32,000 nucleotides of DNA from Haloquadratum walsbyi C23 (GCF_000237865.1 NC_017459.1:1980001-2012000); one strand, 5' to 3'; counted from the first letter of the stretch, positions 8,983 to 17,641 are shown. Numbers and translations: made by a program. Notes: generated by a model not told the origin, from the letters alone.

Positions 8983-9780
8983 ATGAATAATAACCCCGGT
9001 GACTTATCTGAAAGCGATACTATCGATGATGATCCACCAGCACGGGTAACTGACCCAGCGATCATTGGCGATATTATGGATCGAAATCGTCGAAATGGCA
9101 CAATTGCACTTCGTGCGGATGCTGCTGATAGATATTATACATACCGGGATTTCATTACGACCTCGTATAAGTCCGGAAATGTGATTCGTTATTTAGGTGG
9201 AAGAAGCGGTGATGAGATGCTTCTTGTTCCTGATCCGCTTCCTGAGCCGGTATTAGCGTTCTATGGTGCTGCACAATTAGGTATTGCGACACGATTTGAT
9301 AAGACAGTTCAACTGAATCACTCAACAGAAGAACTCCCACGAGTTGTGCTTGCGCCATCGACGCAGGAGGAAGCATATGAACTTCCACCGGGGCATAACC
9401 TCGCTGTATATGGTGATTCACCCACGGAGACAGAAACAACACACTGGGAAACAGAAGTCTGGAGTGAGAACCCAGCAATTCATCCAACATCGGTTGCACC
9501 CAGCGATATTGCTCTTAATGCTGATAAACAGACATATACACATGAAGAACTCATAACTGCAGCAGTGCGTGTGGTTGATCGAGTCAATATTACTCCGGGT
9601 GCAGATGTCGTTGTACGAGAGAGTCTAATGAACCCACATGTTGTTGTTGCTGGGCTTATTGCTCCGCTTCTCGCTGGAGCAACGATTGTATTCCCTGATG
9701 AAACGACAACGGGAGAGATTGGAGTGAGCACCGATACTGTCCCAGAACCGAAGCAGATTGATCTGAACTCAATATGGTAG
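8983..9780 (+). CDS. AMP-dependent synthetase/ligase-like protein: short, N-terminal-domain-like, with no recognisable core motif
   Basis: 265-aa acidic ORF. YTYRDFITTSYKSGNVIRYLG...LLVPDPLPEPVLAFYGAAQLG and ...YTHEELITAAVRVV...PGADVVVRESLMNPHVVVAGLIAPLLAGATIVFP follow the layout of the adenylate-forming enzyme N-domain. No TSGTTGxPK-like P-loop is present and the C-terminal domain is absent. Confidence 0.4.
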   Translation: MNNNPGDLSESDTIDDDPPARVTDPAIIGDIMDRNRRNGTIALRADAADRYYTYRDFITTSYKSGNVIRYLGGRSGDEMLLVPDPLPEPVLAFYGAAQLGIATRFDKTVQLNHSTEELPRVVLAPSTQEEAYELPPGHNLAVYGDSPTETETTHWETEVWSENPAIHPTSVAPSDIALNADKQTYTHEELITAAVRVVDRVNITPGADVVVRESLMNPHVVVAGLIAPLLAGATIVFPDETTTGEIGVSTDTVPEPKQIDLNSIW

Positions 9781-9931
9781 TAACAGCAATAGCATAGATA
9801 TGAAAGGATAAGGGAATGTCAGTTATTTGAATATAAGATGATATTATAATAGTGGACAAGAATTAACTCGATATTTGAGCATGCTGAGAGAACCCATAAT
9901 ATATTTTCACTCTGATATCATATGATGCTAT

Positions 9932-10531
9932 ATGTACGTCCGGGACGCAAAAAATCGTGATGAGGCTTGGTTACTCGATTGGATTGAGGAGGCGGAGATT
10001 GAAGACCCAGCATTTCGGTCCCGGGATTATGTAATTGCACTTAACGAAGAGACATCTCGGAAAGCTGGATTTGGTCGAATTCGGAATCATAGCGACGATA
10101 GTGGAACGTTTTGTGAACTCACAGTCCTATTCACATTACCAATGTGGCGTAATCAGGGCGTTGGTGCACACGTTATTGAGCGGTTAGTTGCAGAGGCAGC
10201 TGATAAACAGTATGAGACGGTATATGTGTTTACAACCGAGCCCGGATATTTCACGATGTTTGGGTTTCAGCCACAAGAATCAGGTCAGCTTGACCCACAT
10301 GTAACAGATCGATTTGAGACCGTGCGTGAAAGTCGTGAAAGCAACAACAATCGGTTCGTAGCACTATCAATCAATACTGGAGAATTGACCGTTCCACAGC
10401 GACTTCGTGATCGGTTCAAGCGTGCACATCCATCAGATGAACCCCCGGAAGGTGAAGTTGTCATTGAAGAGACAGCTGAAGACTTCGGGATTGACCCAAC
10501 AGAGACAACGTATAAATATGATACTGGTTAG
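9932..10531 (+). CDS. GNAT-family N-acetyltransferase
   Basis: Acetyl-CoA binding motif A, RNQGVGAHVIERLVAEA (Q/RxxGxG/A), in a ~120-aa fold, followed by an acidic C-terminal extension. Confidence 0.75.
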   Translation: MYVRDAKNRDEAWLLDWIEEAEIEDPAFRSRDYVIALNEETSRKAGFGRIRNHSDDSGTFCELTVLFTLPMWRNQGVGAHVIERLVAEAADKQYETVYVFTTEPGYFTMFGFQPQESGQLDPHVTDRFETVRESRESNNNRFVALSINTGELTVPQRLRDRFKRAHPSDEPPEGEVVIEETAEDFGIDPTETTYKYDTG

Positions 10532-10577
10532 GTCAGATTGCTACTTGTATTAGAAGTGATGGATATCATGTTATACA

Positions 10578-11220
10578 TCCGGCTGTCCGCTTCGGATTTA
10601 CAGGGAAAGAGGGAGAGTGCCTCGGGGCTACTCTGAGGGTAAATCCCGTCTAACAATTCATCAAAACTATGTATATACTCCAGTTCCAATTGAAAAGGAT
10701 CTAGAAGTCGCTAAGTTCAACCCTCGTATTTCAACTCAAATCTAATGAGAAAGGACAGCGACGTATAAAACAGCAGAGGTTGCCGACAAGCAAGACGCAA
10801 CTACCCTTGTTGGCATCGATGTGAACAAAGACTGTGTTTGACTCGTCGCTGTGACAGAGACTGGCATTGGAGACTCGCTTGTCATCGAGTATCCTAAGCT
10901 CAAGAAGCAGGTCAGTCATCACTCGAATATGAAATCCAAGGTCGTGAAAAACGGTTTGTTCACGACCAGTTACATCAGGTATCACGTCGAGTGGTGGACT
11001 GGGCGGAAGTATTCAAGAACCCGATTATAGTTTTTGAAGACCTCAAGGACATGAGAGATGACAGAGAGTGAGGGACCCCGATAAACCGTCGATTGCACTT
11101 GCTTCCCTTCGCACAACTACAAGGGTCTTGTCTGAGAAGACACCTTGGAACGGTTTTCCTACAGACAAACTGAATCTTGAGTATACGAGCCAAGAGCGTC
11201 CGTGTTGTGGTCACTTATGA
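10578..11220 (+). pseudogene. IS1341/IS605-type tnpB pseudogene with multiple stops and frameshifts, internally deleted and 3'-truncated
   Basis: Own translation across three frames: ...TLVGIDVNKDCV*LVAVTETG (RuvC-I GIDxN at 10812-10826), AEVFKNPIIVFEDLKDMRDD (RuvC-II E), NRRLHLLPFAQL, EYTSQERPCCGHL* (YTSQxCxxCGH zinc finger, ending at 11220). Confidence 0.65.
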
Positions 11221-11222
11221 GA

Positions 11223-11609
11223 CTATGTTCGGTCGGAAAGAAAGTCTGTACTGAAGACAATATACGCAAGAGCACTGCAAAAAAGAATTGGAGGTAAAAT
11301 TGCAAATGCCCACAATGGTTCAATCCCCCATCCAAGCAGTAATACAAGATTACCAAGCCCAATCACGAGAAAAGGAGTAACAGCAAGAATGGCTCGTCGT
11401 CTATTATTTCCATCACTATCAGATTCCAGTGGTGCGTCTGGGTCAAACGATGATGCTGCGTCCGTGTTTTTGACTATTTCTGTATGTTGAGTCACCATTT
11501 CGGGTCTCGCAGTAGTGCTAGTTTTGACTCTTTGATCTGTATTTGCACTCGCATCTGCACTTTCTTTAGTTGATGATGGAGGGCTCATAGTTTTAACATA
11601 GTTCTGCAA
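11223..11609 (-). CDS. Hypothetical small membrane protein (S/T/D-rich N-terminal region, RRR, two predicted TM helices)
   Basis: 128-aa ORF. AILAVTPFLVIGLGNLVLLLGWGI and LWAFAILPPILFCSALAYIVF are hydrophobic helices. A very AT-rich spacer lies upstream. I recognise no family. Confidence 0.4.
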   Translation of the reverse strand: MQNYVKTMSPPSSTKESADASANTDQRVKTSTTARPEMVTQHTEIVKNTDAASSFDPDAPLESDSDGNNRRRAILAVTPFLVIGLGNLVLLLGWGIEPLWAFAILPPILFCSALAYIVFSTDFLSDRT

Positions 11610-11692
11610 TAAATAAAAATATCATGTTGTGCATAATTTATTATTAATAATTAATTACTTTTGTATACTCTATTATCTAGTTATATATTATT

Positions 11693-12139
11693 TTAGGAAT
11701 CGTGGTCAGTACCGGTACTGCCACTGTTATCAACATTGATCTCATCGTGGCTTTCTATACGTGATGCAATTAAGACAAGTCCAAAGAGCACAGTTATAAA
11801 TAGGGATGATACGAGAATTCCATATAATGAAAGAGAGAGTGGAGTTATTGGAATCGCTACAGGTGTATTAAGAATCTTAATACGAGCAACGGTCTGTGCG
11901 GCGTTACTTCCGACAATCCACCCAATCCCGGCTGAGAGGATGATAACAGTCCCACCAAGTGTGAGAAGAATCCGACGACCCAGTCCAGGCTGTCCCTGTG
12001 GTGACGGCTTTGGTTGGTTGGTAGCACGCGTTGAAGATGACTCTTCAGTGGTCATGGTTGACTCAACATCAACATCAACATCGGCACTCCCATTCGGATC
12101 ATTCGACGTTGATGATGCCGTCTCCTCGGCGGACGTCAT
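11693..12139 (-). CDS. Hypothetical small membrane protein (acidic S/T-rich N-terminus, GRR, two predicted TM helices)
   Basis: 148-aa ORF. RRILLTLGGTVIILSAGIGWIVG and LSLYGILVSSLFITVLFGLVLIA are TM-like. A TATA-like CATATAC lies about 30 nt upstream of the ATG on the minus strand. Confidence 0.5.
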   Translation of the reverse strand: MTSAEETASSTSNDPNGSADVDVDVESTMTTEESSSTRATNQPKPSPQGQPGLGRRILLTLGGTVIILSAGIGWIVGSNAAQTVARIKILNTPVAIPITPLSLSLYGILVSSLFITVLFGLVLIASRIESHDEINVDNSGSTGTDHDS

Positions 12140-12195
12140 TGACTGATGGTACGCAGACGGTTGGTATATGCTGTTCGACTTATTTTTCTATTGTC

Positions 12196-12330
12196 CACGA
12201 CCGGGAACTGCTCAACCGATATGGAGTCCACAGCCTCATAGAATCCAATAATTGGCGGTCAGACTCACCTGGATTGATACCATATCGTTACAGACCCCGA
12301 AAAATTAGACACGAGAGGCAGGGACCTATT
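12196..12330 (+). pseudogene. Upstream part of a second decayed tnpB, cut off by the IS insertion at 12331
   Basis: Reads VHDRELLNRYGVHSLIESNNWRSDSPG..., resembling the TnpB segment H-x-x-S-x-x-l-v-...-i-x-x-E-x-L that precedes RuvC-II. The match is weak taken alone. Confidence 0.3.
12323..12330. repeat. Target-site duplication GACCTATT (left copy)
   Basis: The identical 8-mer directly abuts both IS termini (12323-12330 and 13841-13848). A 9-bp reading, GGACCTATT, is also possible. Confidence 0.85.
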
Positions 12331-12493
12331 CTGTCGCGTTCTGAGTTCATAAAGCCCGGCGAAATTCTCTCCCAACGAACTGCTGGGTAAGAATCGTATG
12401 GGAGTTCACTCATCGAACAGTTGTCGGTGACATCCGTGTTGAGCCAAGAGAAATAGCAGTTCAAGGAAAGAAATGATGAATGATCGCGGTACA

Positions 12494-12529
12494 GGCGACA
12501 GCCGTCGCTGGTGGGTGACGGCTGTCGCC
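12494..12529. repeat. Perfect 13-bp-stem hairpin inside the IS, 17 nt downstream of the transposase stop
   Basis: GGCGACAGCCGTC (12494-12506), a 10-nt loop, then GACGGCTGTCGCC (12517-12529). The arms contain CTGTCGC, the same heptamer that begins both terminal IRs. Confidence 0.9.
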
Positions 12530-12545
12530 GGAAAGTGAAGATTGA

Positions 12546-13787
12546 TTAGCCGAATGAATCCAGCGTCTCATTCCAGAAGGTGCGAACTTTCTGGATAGCA
12601 CGCGCCACGCCACCCTTGACTGGGTGGCGTTGGCGAAACCATACGACCAGCATATATCCAATCAATGCACAGAACAGCTCGAATAACACGCCGTTCAGCG
12701 ATTTCGAGTGAAAGTTCTCGATGTTGAGGTACTGTTTCCACTCTCGGAAGAGGATCTCAATCACTGTCCGTAGTGTGTAGATGTTGATCACGTCGATTGG
12801 ATCGTACTCTGACGACGCCAGCGTCGTCAGGTACTCAATCTCTTCTCCATCGGGTGTTTCCAGCATAATCCTGCGGAACTCTTCGCCAGTCTCAGCTAAT
12901 TCAATTCGTTCATCACGAACCCGTCACGTTGATTCCTCATCTGAGTGAGTCGGCTGAGCGGCGTTGTTCCCTGAGACGGTGACCTCGAACTCTTCGAGTG
13001 TCTCAATGAGTTCAAATCGAGCGTCTGAGTGCATCAGTGTGACAAAATCATTGTCACTATGCTTGATCTCACAGAACCGTAGATATCGCGTGTATGCGCG
13101 GTCAAAGACCCAGATTACCGAGTCGAGGTCTGCAAAGACCTCGACATCTTCCTTGAGGAGATCGAACTGCGGGCTTTCGTGGGTGTCGCCCTCTGTAACA
13201 GTAGCGTCGAGTGGATGTTTATTTTCTCCATCCACACGTGCTGCGCAGTGAAGTTCGAGACCACCATCGTCTGTGTCGATCTTGTAGACGTTGTCGTCGT
13301 CTCCGACGAACTCGTCTGAGACGACAACAGAGCGCGTGAGTTCGAGGTTTGTGGCATCAACAGCGACGACATCTCGTGTCATCCACTCCAGTCGTTTTCG
13401 TTGAACTCCACGTTGATGATACAACTGTGGTGTGTGCAGTACTTCGAAGAGGAGCTGAACGACCGCGCAGTAGTCGCGGTCGTTCGTGAGTTCTGAAAAC
13501 CGTGATTTAGGCATGTGTTCGAGTGAGTCGTCGACAATGGTCTTATCCTCAAGTTCAGCGAGTGAGCTGGAGGGGTCAAGACCCTCACGAACAGCCGTCT
13601 TGACGTGGTTTGTGAAGTCGTGTTTGTCGGAGTGGAGCCCAATCTTGAACTCATCGGCAATCGACTCGCTGTCGACTTCGTCGAGCAGCGAGTACAGTTC
13701 GTCAGCGACGAGATCAGTAGAATTGATGTTAGAGGCGTCCGTTACGTCTTCTGACGGCCTGTTTGCTGAATCAAATTGCATAGACAT
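12546..13787 (-). pseudogene. IS4-type DDE transposase interrupted by a single in-frame TGA
   Basis: Track ORFs 12924-13787 and 12546-12866 are in the same frame. Reading through gives ...HSDEEST*RVRDERIELAETGEEFRRIMLETPDGEE..., with the TGA at 12924-12926, for about 413 codons in total. DDE candidates are VAVDATNL, WVFDRAYTRY and the YREK block. Confidence 0.8.
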
Positions 13788-13840
13788 TACGGGCCGTCAC
13801 TAACGGCTCACGCCGTTTTTATATACTCAGAACGCGACAG

Positions 13841-13848
13841 GACCTATT
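13841..13848. repeat. Target-site duplication GACCTATT (right copy)
   Basis: See the left copy at 12323-12330. Confidence 0.85.
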
Positions 13849-14380
13849 TGAAACTCAAAGTAAATTATCATAAGCGGCTGCCTATGAGAAGTATGGTGCT
13901 GTATACGACCATTGCTTAGCTGAATCACACCGAGCAATATGAAATATCGCCTTCGAATCAGAACATGAGGGAATGTTTGAGCTACTGTTGAGAAGTCTGA
14001 GCATGATAGTGTAACTGTACAGATTGTCAAGGCGGCTGCCTCGTGGCTTAACCCCAAGATCAAGCCGACACCTCTCAGTGACCCGTAATATGTGATCTGA
14101 TTGGTGATTAAATAGTGACTCTGATGGTCAGTGTGTTTGGCTGAGAGTCCAATAACATGGGCGGTCAGACACCATGCACTGTCCAACACAGAGAGAGATG
14201 GGACGTTTCGAATCAACGTCGTCCGAGAGACGAAGTCTCTCGTGATCACGAAAATATTCGATTTTCGAACGACCTGTGGAGACCGGAACCAGTATGAAAC
14301 GACTCTCTCGGTAAGAGTGGATTTGTAAGTTCTGTCAGAGAAACAGGAAGCCTCAGGCTTGCCCCCGAGGCAGGTTCACA
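13849..14380 (+). pseudogene. Downstream part of the second decayed IS1341-type tnpB (many frameshifts and stops), including its 3' tail
   Basis: Fragments across frames: GMFELLLRSLS, ...NPKIKPTPLS / DTSQ*PVICDLIGD (YTSQxCxxCG-like), EVSRDHENI (decayed DRDxNAAxNI), RPVETGTS, then the tail GAAGCCTCAGGCTTGCCCCCGAGGCAGGTTCA with a hairpin at 14350-14371. Confidence 0.4.
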
Positions 14381-14415
14381 GCGAGCTATTTATACTCTAG
14401 ATATAGAATGAATCG

Positions 14416-14832
14416 ATGATGAGTAGTGATCACACATTGATTGTCCGTGCTCGTACAGCATTTGAATCAGCATATGTTCCGTACTCTGAATACCGTGTCG
14501 GGGCTGCAATTGAGACGACCGATGGGTCGGTGTACACAGGCTGTAATATTGAGAATGCAAACTATTCGAATAGTCTTCATGCCGAAGAAGTTGCTGTTGC
14601 CGCTGCAGTGAAAGATGGTCAGGACACATTCGAACGTATCGCAGTCGCGTCAGCTGCGAGGGATGGCGTTACACCCTGTGGCATGTGTCGACAAACACTC
14701 GCAGAGTTTGCTGATGGGTCACTTAAAGTTCTTTGTGATAAGGGTGCGGAGGGAGTTGAGACGTATACACTCACAGAACTACTTCCGAAAACAATCTCAG
14801 AGGAGACACTTCAGAGTGCAGACGGACAATAA
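14416..14832 (+). CDS. cdd: Cytidine deaminase
   Basis: 138 aa. Zinc-binding motifs are present: SLHAEEVAV (H-A-E) and PCGMCRQTLAEF (PCxxC). The size fits a homotetrameric-type Cdd. Confidence 0.9.
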   Translation: MMSSDHTLIVRARTAFESAYVPYSEYRVGAAIETTDGSVYTGCNIENANYSNSLHAEEVAVAAAVKDGQDTFERIAVASAARDGVTPCGMCRQTLAEFADGSLKVLCDKGAEGVETYTLTELLPKTISEETLQSADGQ

Positions 14833-15114
14833 AGTACTCAGGGGTCACATCTGAGCCCCGAGGCACTCGCCTCAATTCATTGTCAATTGATGTTGATATT
14901 ACGTAGTATAGTCTAACTCTGTTACCGAATACCAATTACAATATATACCGGCATGTCATCGTGCTATTCGAGTAGATAATATTTCAGACCATACCTGTTG
15001 TTTAATCATCACTAATATGTAACACTTGCAGGATTTTTATTTCTAGTATAGCGATATACGTCAATACACGCCAATACACGACAGGATATTGTCGTCTGAG
15101 ACGGTATACAACGC

Positions 15115-15939
15115 ATGAAAAATAGCGAGGATCCCAACGATGATGAGCAGTATCACCTCGAAATTACCGCAGATGATATTGCTGAGACGGTATTGCTTCC
15201 GGGAAATCCAGGTCGGGTTGAGACAATCACTGAAATGTGGGATAAATCAACAGTGCGCGGTGATCACAGGGAGTTTCGGACAGCGACTGGGACGTATCAG
15301 GAAACACCGATTTCAGTTACGTCGACAGGAATTGGTGGTCCCTCAGCAGCTATTGCAGTTGAAGAGCTAGCACGAATTGGGGCTGAGACATTCATTCGAG
15401 TAGGATCCTGTGGTGCGTTATCTGCTGATGTTGCCGTTGGTGATCTAATCATTTCATCAGGAGCAATCAGACAGGAAGGAACATCATCAGAGTATGTACG
15501 TGATGATTATCCAGCAGTCGCTGATTATGAGGTTGTTTCTGCACTCACCGCCGCTGCAGAACAGCTTGGGTATGACTATCACGTTGGTATGACATTGAGC
15601 ACTGACTCATTTTATCCAGGACAGGATCGGATGGGATTCAATGAATATACTCCACCGGGATCGGGGTCACTTATTTCAGATCTTAAGGAAATGAATGTGA
15701 TGAACATTGAGATGGAAGCTGCAACATTGCTTACGATTGCGAGTCTATATCAGCTTCGCGCGGGAGCTGTATGCACTGTCTATGCAAATCGAGAGACTGG
15801 GGAGTTTCAGAGTGGGGATGATACGAAAGCTGCAGAGACTGCAAGCCTTGGAAGTCATCTCCTCGCAAAAATGGATGCTGTGAAGCGCTCAGTTGGAGCC
15901 GACCGGTGGCATGCCGGACTCTCAATCGAATCTGAATAA
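15115..15939 (+). CDS. udp: Uridine phosphorylase (PNP/UDP family 1 nucleoside phosphorylase)
   Basis: LLPGNPGRVETI, TGIGGPSAAIAVEELARIG, IRVGSCGAL and NIEMEAATL are family motifs. The adjacent cdd supports a pyrimidine-salvage role. Substrate specificity is inferred. Confidence 0.75.
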   Translation: MKNSEDPNDDEQYHLEITADDIAETVLLPGNPGRVETITEMWDKSTVRGDHREFRTATGTYQETPISVTSTGIGGPSAAIAVEELARIGAETFIRVGSCGALSADVAVGDLIISSGAIRQEGTSSEYVRDDYPAVADYEVVSALTAAAEQLGYDYHVGMTLSTDSFYPGQDRMGFNEYTPPGSGSLISDLKEMNVMNIEMEAATLLTIASLYQLRAGAVCTVYANRETGEFQSGDDTKAAETASLGSHLLAKMDAVKRSVGADRWHAGLSIESE

Positions 15940-16146
15940 TAGCTATTGATATTGTGATTTTTGATATATAGTGGTCATACTACCAACTATTTATAAACAG
16001 AGATACGATCGTTCTGGATTTCTATCATATATTCTCATATTATCAAGAGGTTATATCTCGGTATTTGCATTGTTTGGGGTATATCATCGTCGATTTGTCC
16101 AACTCGTTCCGCAGTTCATTTATTCGATAACACCTGATAAGCATAT

Positions 16147-17343
16147 ATGAGCACACAAGTCGTCGTCGTTGGGGCTGGATATGCGGGTACCGGTGCTGTA
16201 AATCGTCTTGAGGACAAACTTGGGTCGGATGCTGAACTCACATGGATTTCAGAACATGATTATCATCTCGTTTTACATGAGGTTCATCGATGCATTCGTG
16301 ACCCAAGCGTTGAATCAAAGGTTGCAATCCCAATTGATGATATCAAGACATCAGAGACAGACTTCCATACAGGCCGAGTGACGAATGTTGATGTGGATGA
16401 CCGCACTGTCGAAATTGACAATGGTGAGGAGACAGTTGGATATGATTATCTTCTGTTAGCCATTGGCTCAGGGACTGCATTCTATAATATTGACGGGCTC
16501 AAAGAGCATGCTCATGAGTTGAAGGGGCTTAATGATGCACGAGCGATTCACTCTGATGTTGCCACCGCTGCTAAGGAAGCAACACAGGAAGATCCAGCAC
16601 AAGTTATCGTCGGAGGAGCAGGTCTTTCAGGTATTCAAACGGCTGGGGAGATTGCAGAATATCGTGATGAGCATCGAGCACCAATGGAAATCACGCTCGT
16701 GGAGGGGCTTGATGAAGTATTCCCTGGGAATGACACGGAACTGCAAGGGGCGCTTAGAGAGCGGCTAGAAGCACGTGATGTGAGAATCCTTACTGGAGAG
16801 TTTATTTCAGAAGTTGATTCAGAGATGGTATACGTTGGTGGTGATGATGATAATGACGCTGAGAAACTGCCATATGATACTCTTGTTTGGACAGGTGGTA
16901 TAACCGGTCATAATGAAGTTACTGACGTTGGCATTAACAAGGATGACCGGTCACAGCGCGTGTTCGCTGATGCGGATTTCCAAACATCAAATGAACGTAT
17001 CTTTGCTGTTGGTGACACAGCACTTATCGAACAAGGGTCTGAGTCAGTTGCACCGCCAACTGCACAGGCTGCATGGCAAGCCGCTGAGGTAGCCGGTGAA
17101 AACGTCGCACGGGCAATCAATGAAGAGCCGCTTCAAACATGGCGACATGATGATAAAGGGACTGTCGTTTCCGTTGGCGACGATGCGGTTGCACATGGTG
17201 TTAAGTTCCCTGTCTTTGGAAAGCTCCCAATTAATGTGTTTGCCGGTCCAGCAGCTCGGACATTGAAGAAGGGGATTGCTGCTCGTTGGATTGCTGATGT
17301 TGCCTCGACTCGACACGCACTTGAGGCATGGGAAAGCATGTGA
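16147..17343 (+). CDS. FAD-dependent pyridine nucleotide-disulfide oxidoreductase, type II NADH dehydrogenase-like
   Basis: N-terminal Rossmann motif VVVVGAGYAGTGA, a second dinucleotide fold VIVGGAGLSGIQTAGE, and FAVGDTA near the C-terminus. Confidence 0.75.
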   Translation: MSTQVVVVGAGYAGTGAVNRLEDKLGSDAELTWISEHDYHLVLHEVHRCIRDPSVESKVAIPIDDIKTSETDFHTGRVTNVDVDDRTVEIDNGEETVGYDYLLLAIGSGTAFYNIDGLKEHAHELKGLNDARAIHSDVATAAKEATQEDPAQVIVGGAGLSGIQTAGEIAEYRDEHRAPMEITLVEGLDEVFPGNDTELQGALRERLEARDVRILTGEFISEVDSEMVYVGGDDDNDAEKLPYDTLVWTGGITGHNEVTDVGINKDDRSQRVFADADFQTSNERIFAVGDTALIEQGSESVAPPTAQAAWQAAEVAGENVARAINEEPLQTWRHDDKGTVVSVGDDAVAHGVKFPVFGKLPINVFAGPAARTLKKGIAARWIADVASTRHALEAWESM

Positions 17344-17448
17344 ATTGTCTTGGAGTCATTGATGATTGATAACAGTCATATCGATAGTGTGTGAAACAGT
17401 CATGATCGAACAGAGCGCATACCGAACATAATCAAAAATACTAGATTT

Positions 17449-17571
17449 ATAGACTCTCAAGTCGGTTCAATTATATTATACTATATTATATCCGATGAGC
17501 AGGCGCAGAACCTCGCTCTTTAGTGCGAGGAGGATGTCAACTGCGCAGGTATCTACCGAATAGACTCTCAA
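17449..17571 (+). repeat. 99-bp insertion-like segment flanked by a perfect 12-bp direct repeat, ATAGACTCTCAA, and carrying a tnpB-tail module
   Basis: Direct repeats lie at 17449-17460 and 17560-17571. The inner segment contains the hairpin CCTCGC-tctttagt-GCGAGG (17511-17530) followed by AGGATGTCA (17531-17539). Confidence 0.6.
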
Positions 17572-17641
17572 AAGAAGCCGATCCGATACCGCGGTAATGT
17601 ACCGAGTATAATAAATCAGTAAGGAGCGAGACAAATACTAT

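Larger units (their letters stand above)
12331..13840 (-). mobile_element. Complete 1510-bp IS4-superfamily (haloarchaeal ISH-type) insertion sequence
   Basis: Perfect 16-bp terminal inverted repeats: CTGTCGCGTTCTGAGT at 12331-12346 and its reverse complement at 13825-13840. An 8-bp direct repeat flanks the element. It carries a single DDE transposase gene with the Y-x2-R-x3-E-x6-K signature (YTLRTVIEILFREWK). Confidence 0.88.

Noticed and set aside
10609-10629. Inverted match between 10609-10629 and 14854-14873 (AGCCCCGAGGCACTC, 15 nt exact plus partial extension), as possible boundaries of a larger composite element
   Set aside because: About one 15-nt exact inverted match is expected by chance in 32 kb. 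The flanks do not extend the similarity convincingly. It may simply be shared tnpB-derived sequence.
12031-12390. 119-aa plus-strand ORF crossing the left IS boundary, and the 140-aa minus-strand ORF 13827-14249 crossing the right boundary
   Set aside because: Both run across the IS terminal repeat or target duplication, and both have non-acidic, Cys/His/Arg-rich composition. They are better explained as decayed tnpB sequence plus chance open frames.
12924-12926. The in-frame TGA in the transposase as selenocysteine or programmed readthrough
   Set aside because: I saw no evident SECIS-like element, and I know of no such recoding in IS4-type transposases. A nonsense mutation is the simpler explanation.
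14837-14875. Hairpins just after the cdd stop (CTCAG-n9-CTGAG; GAGGC-actc-GCCTC) as an intrinsic terminator
   Set aside because: No downstream T-tract follows, and archaeal termination usually relies on oligo-T. The structure may be relic-derived, so it is not called as a feature.
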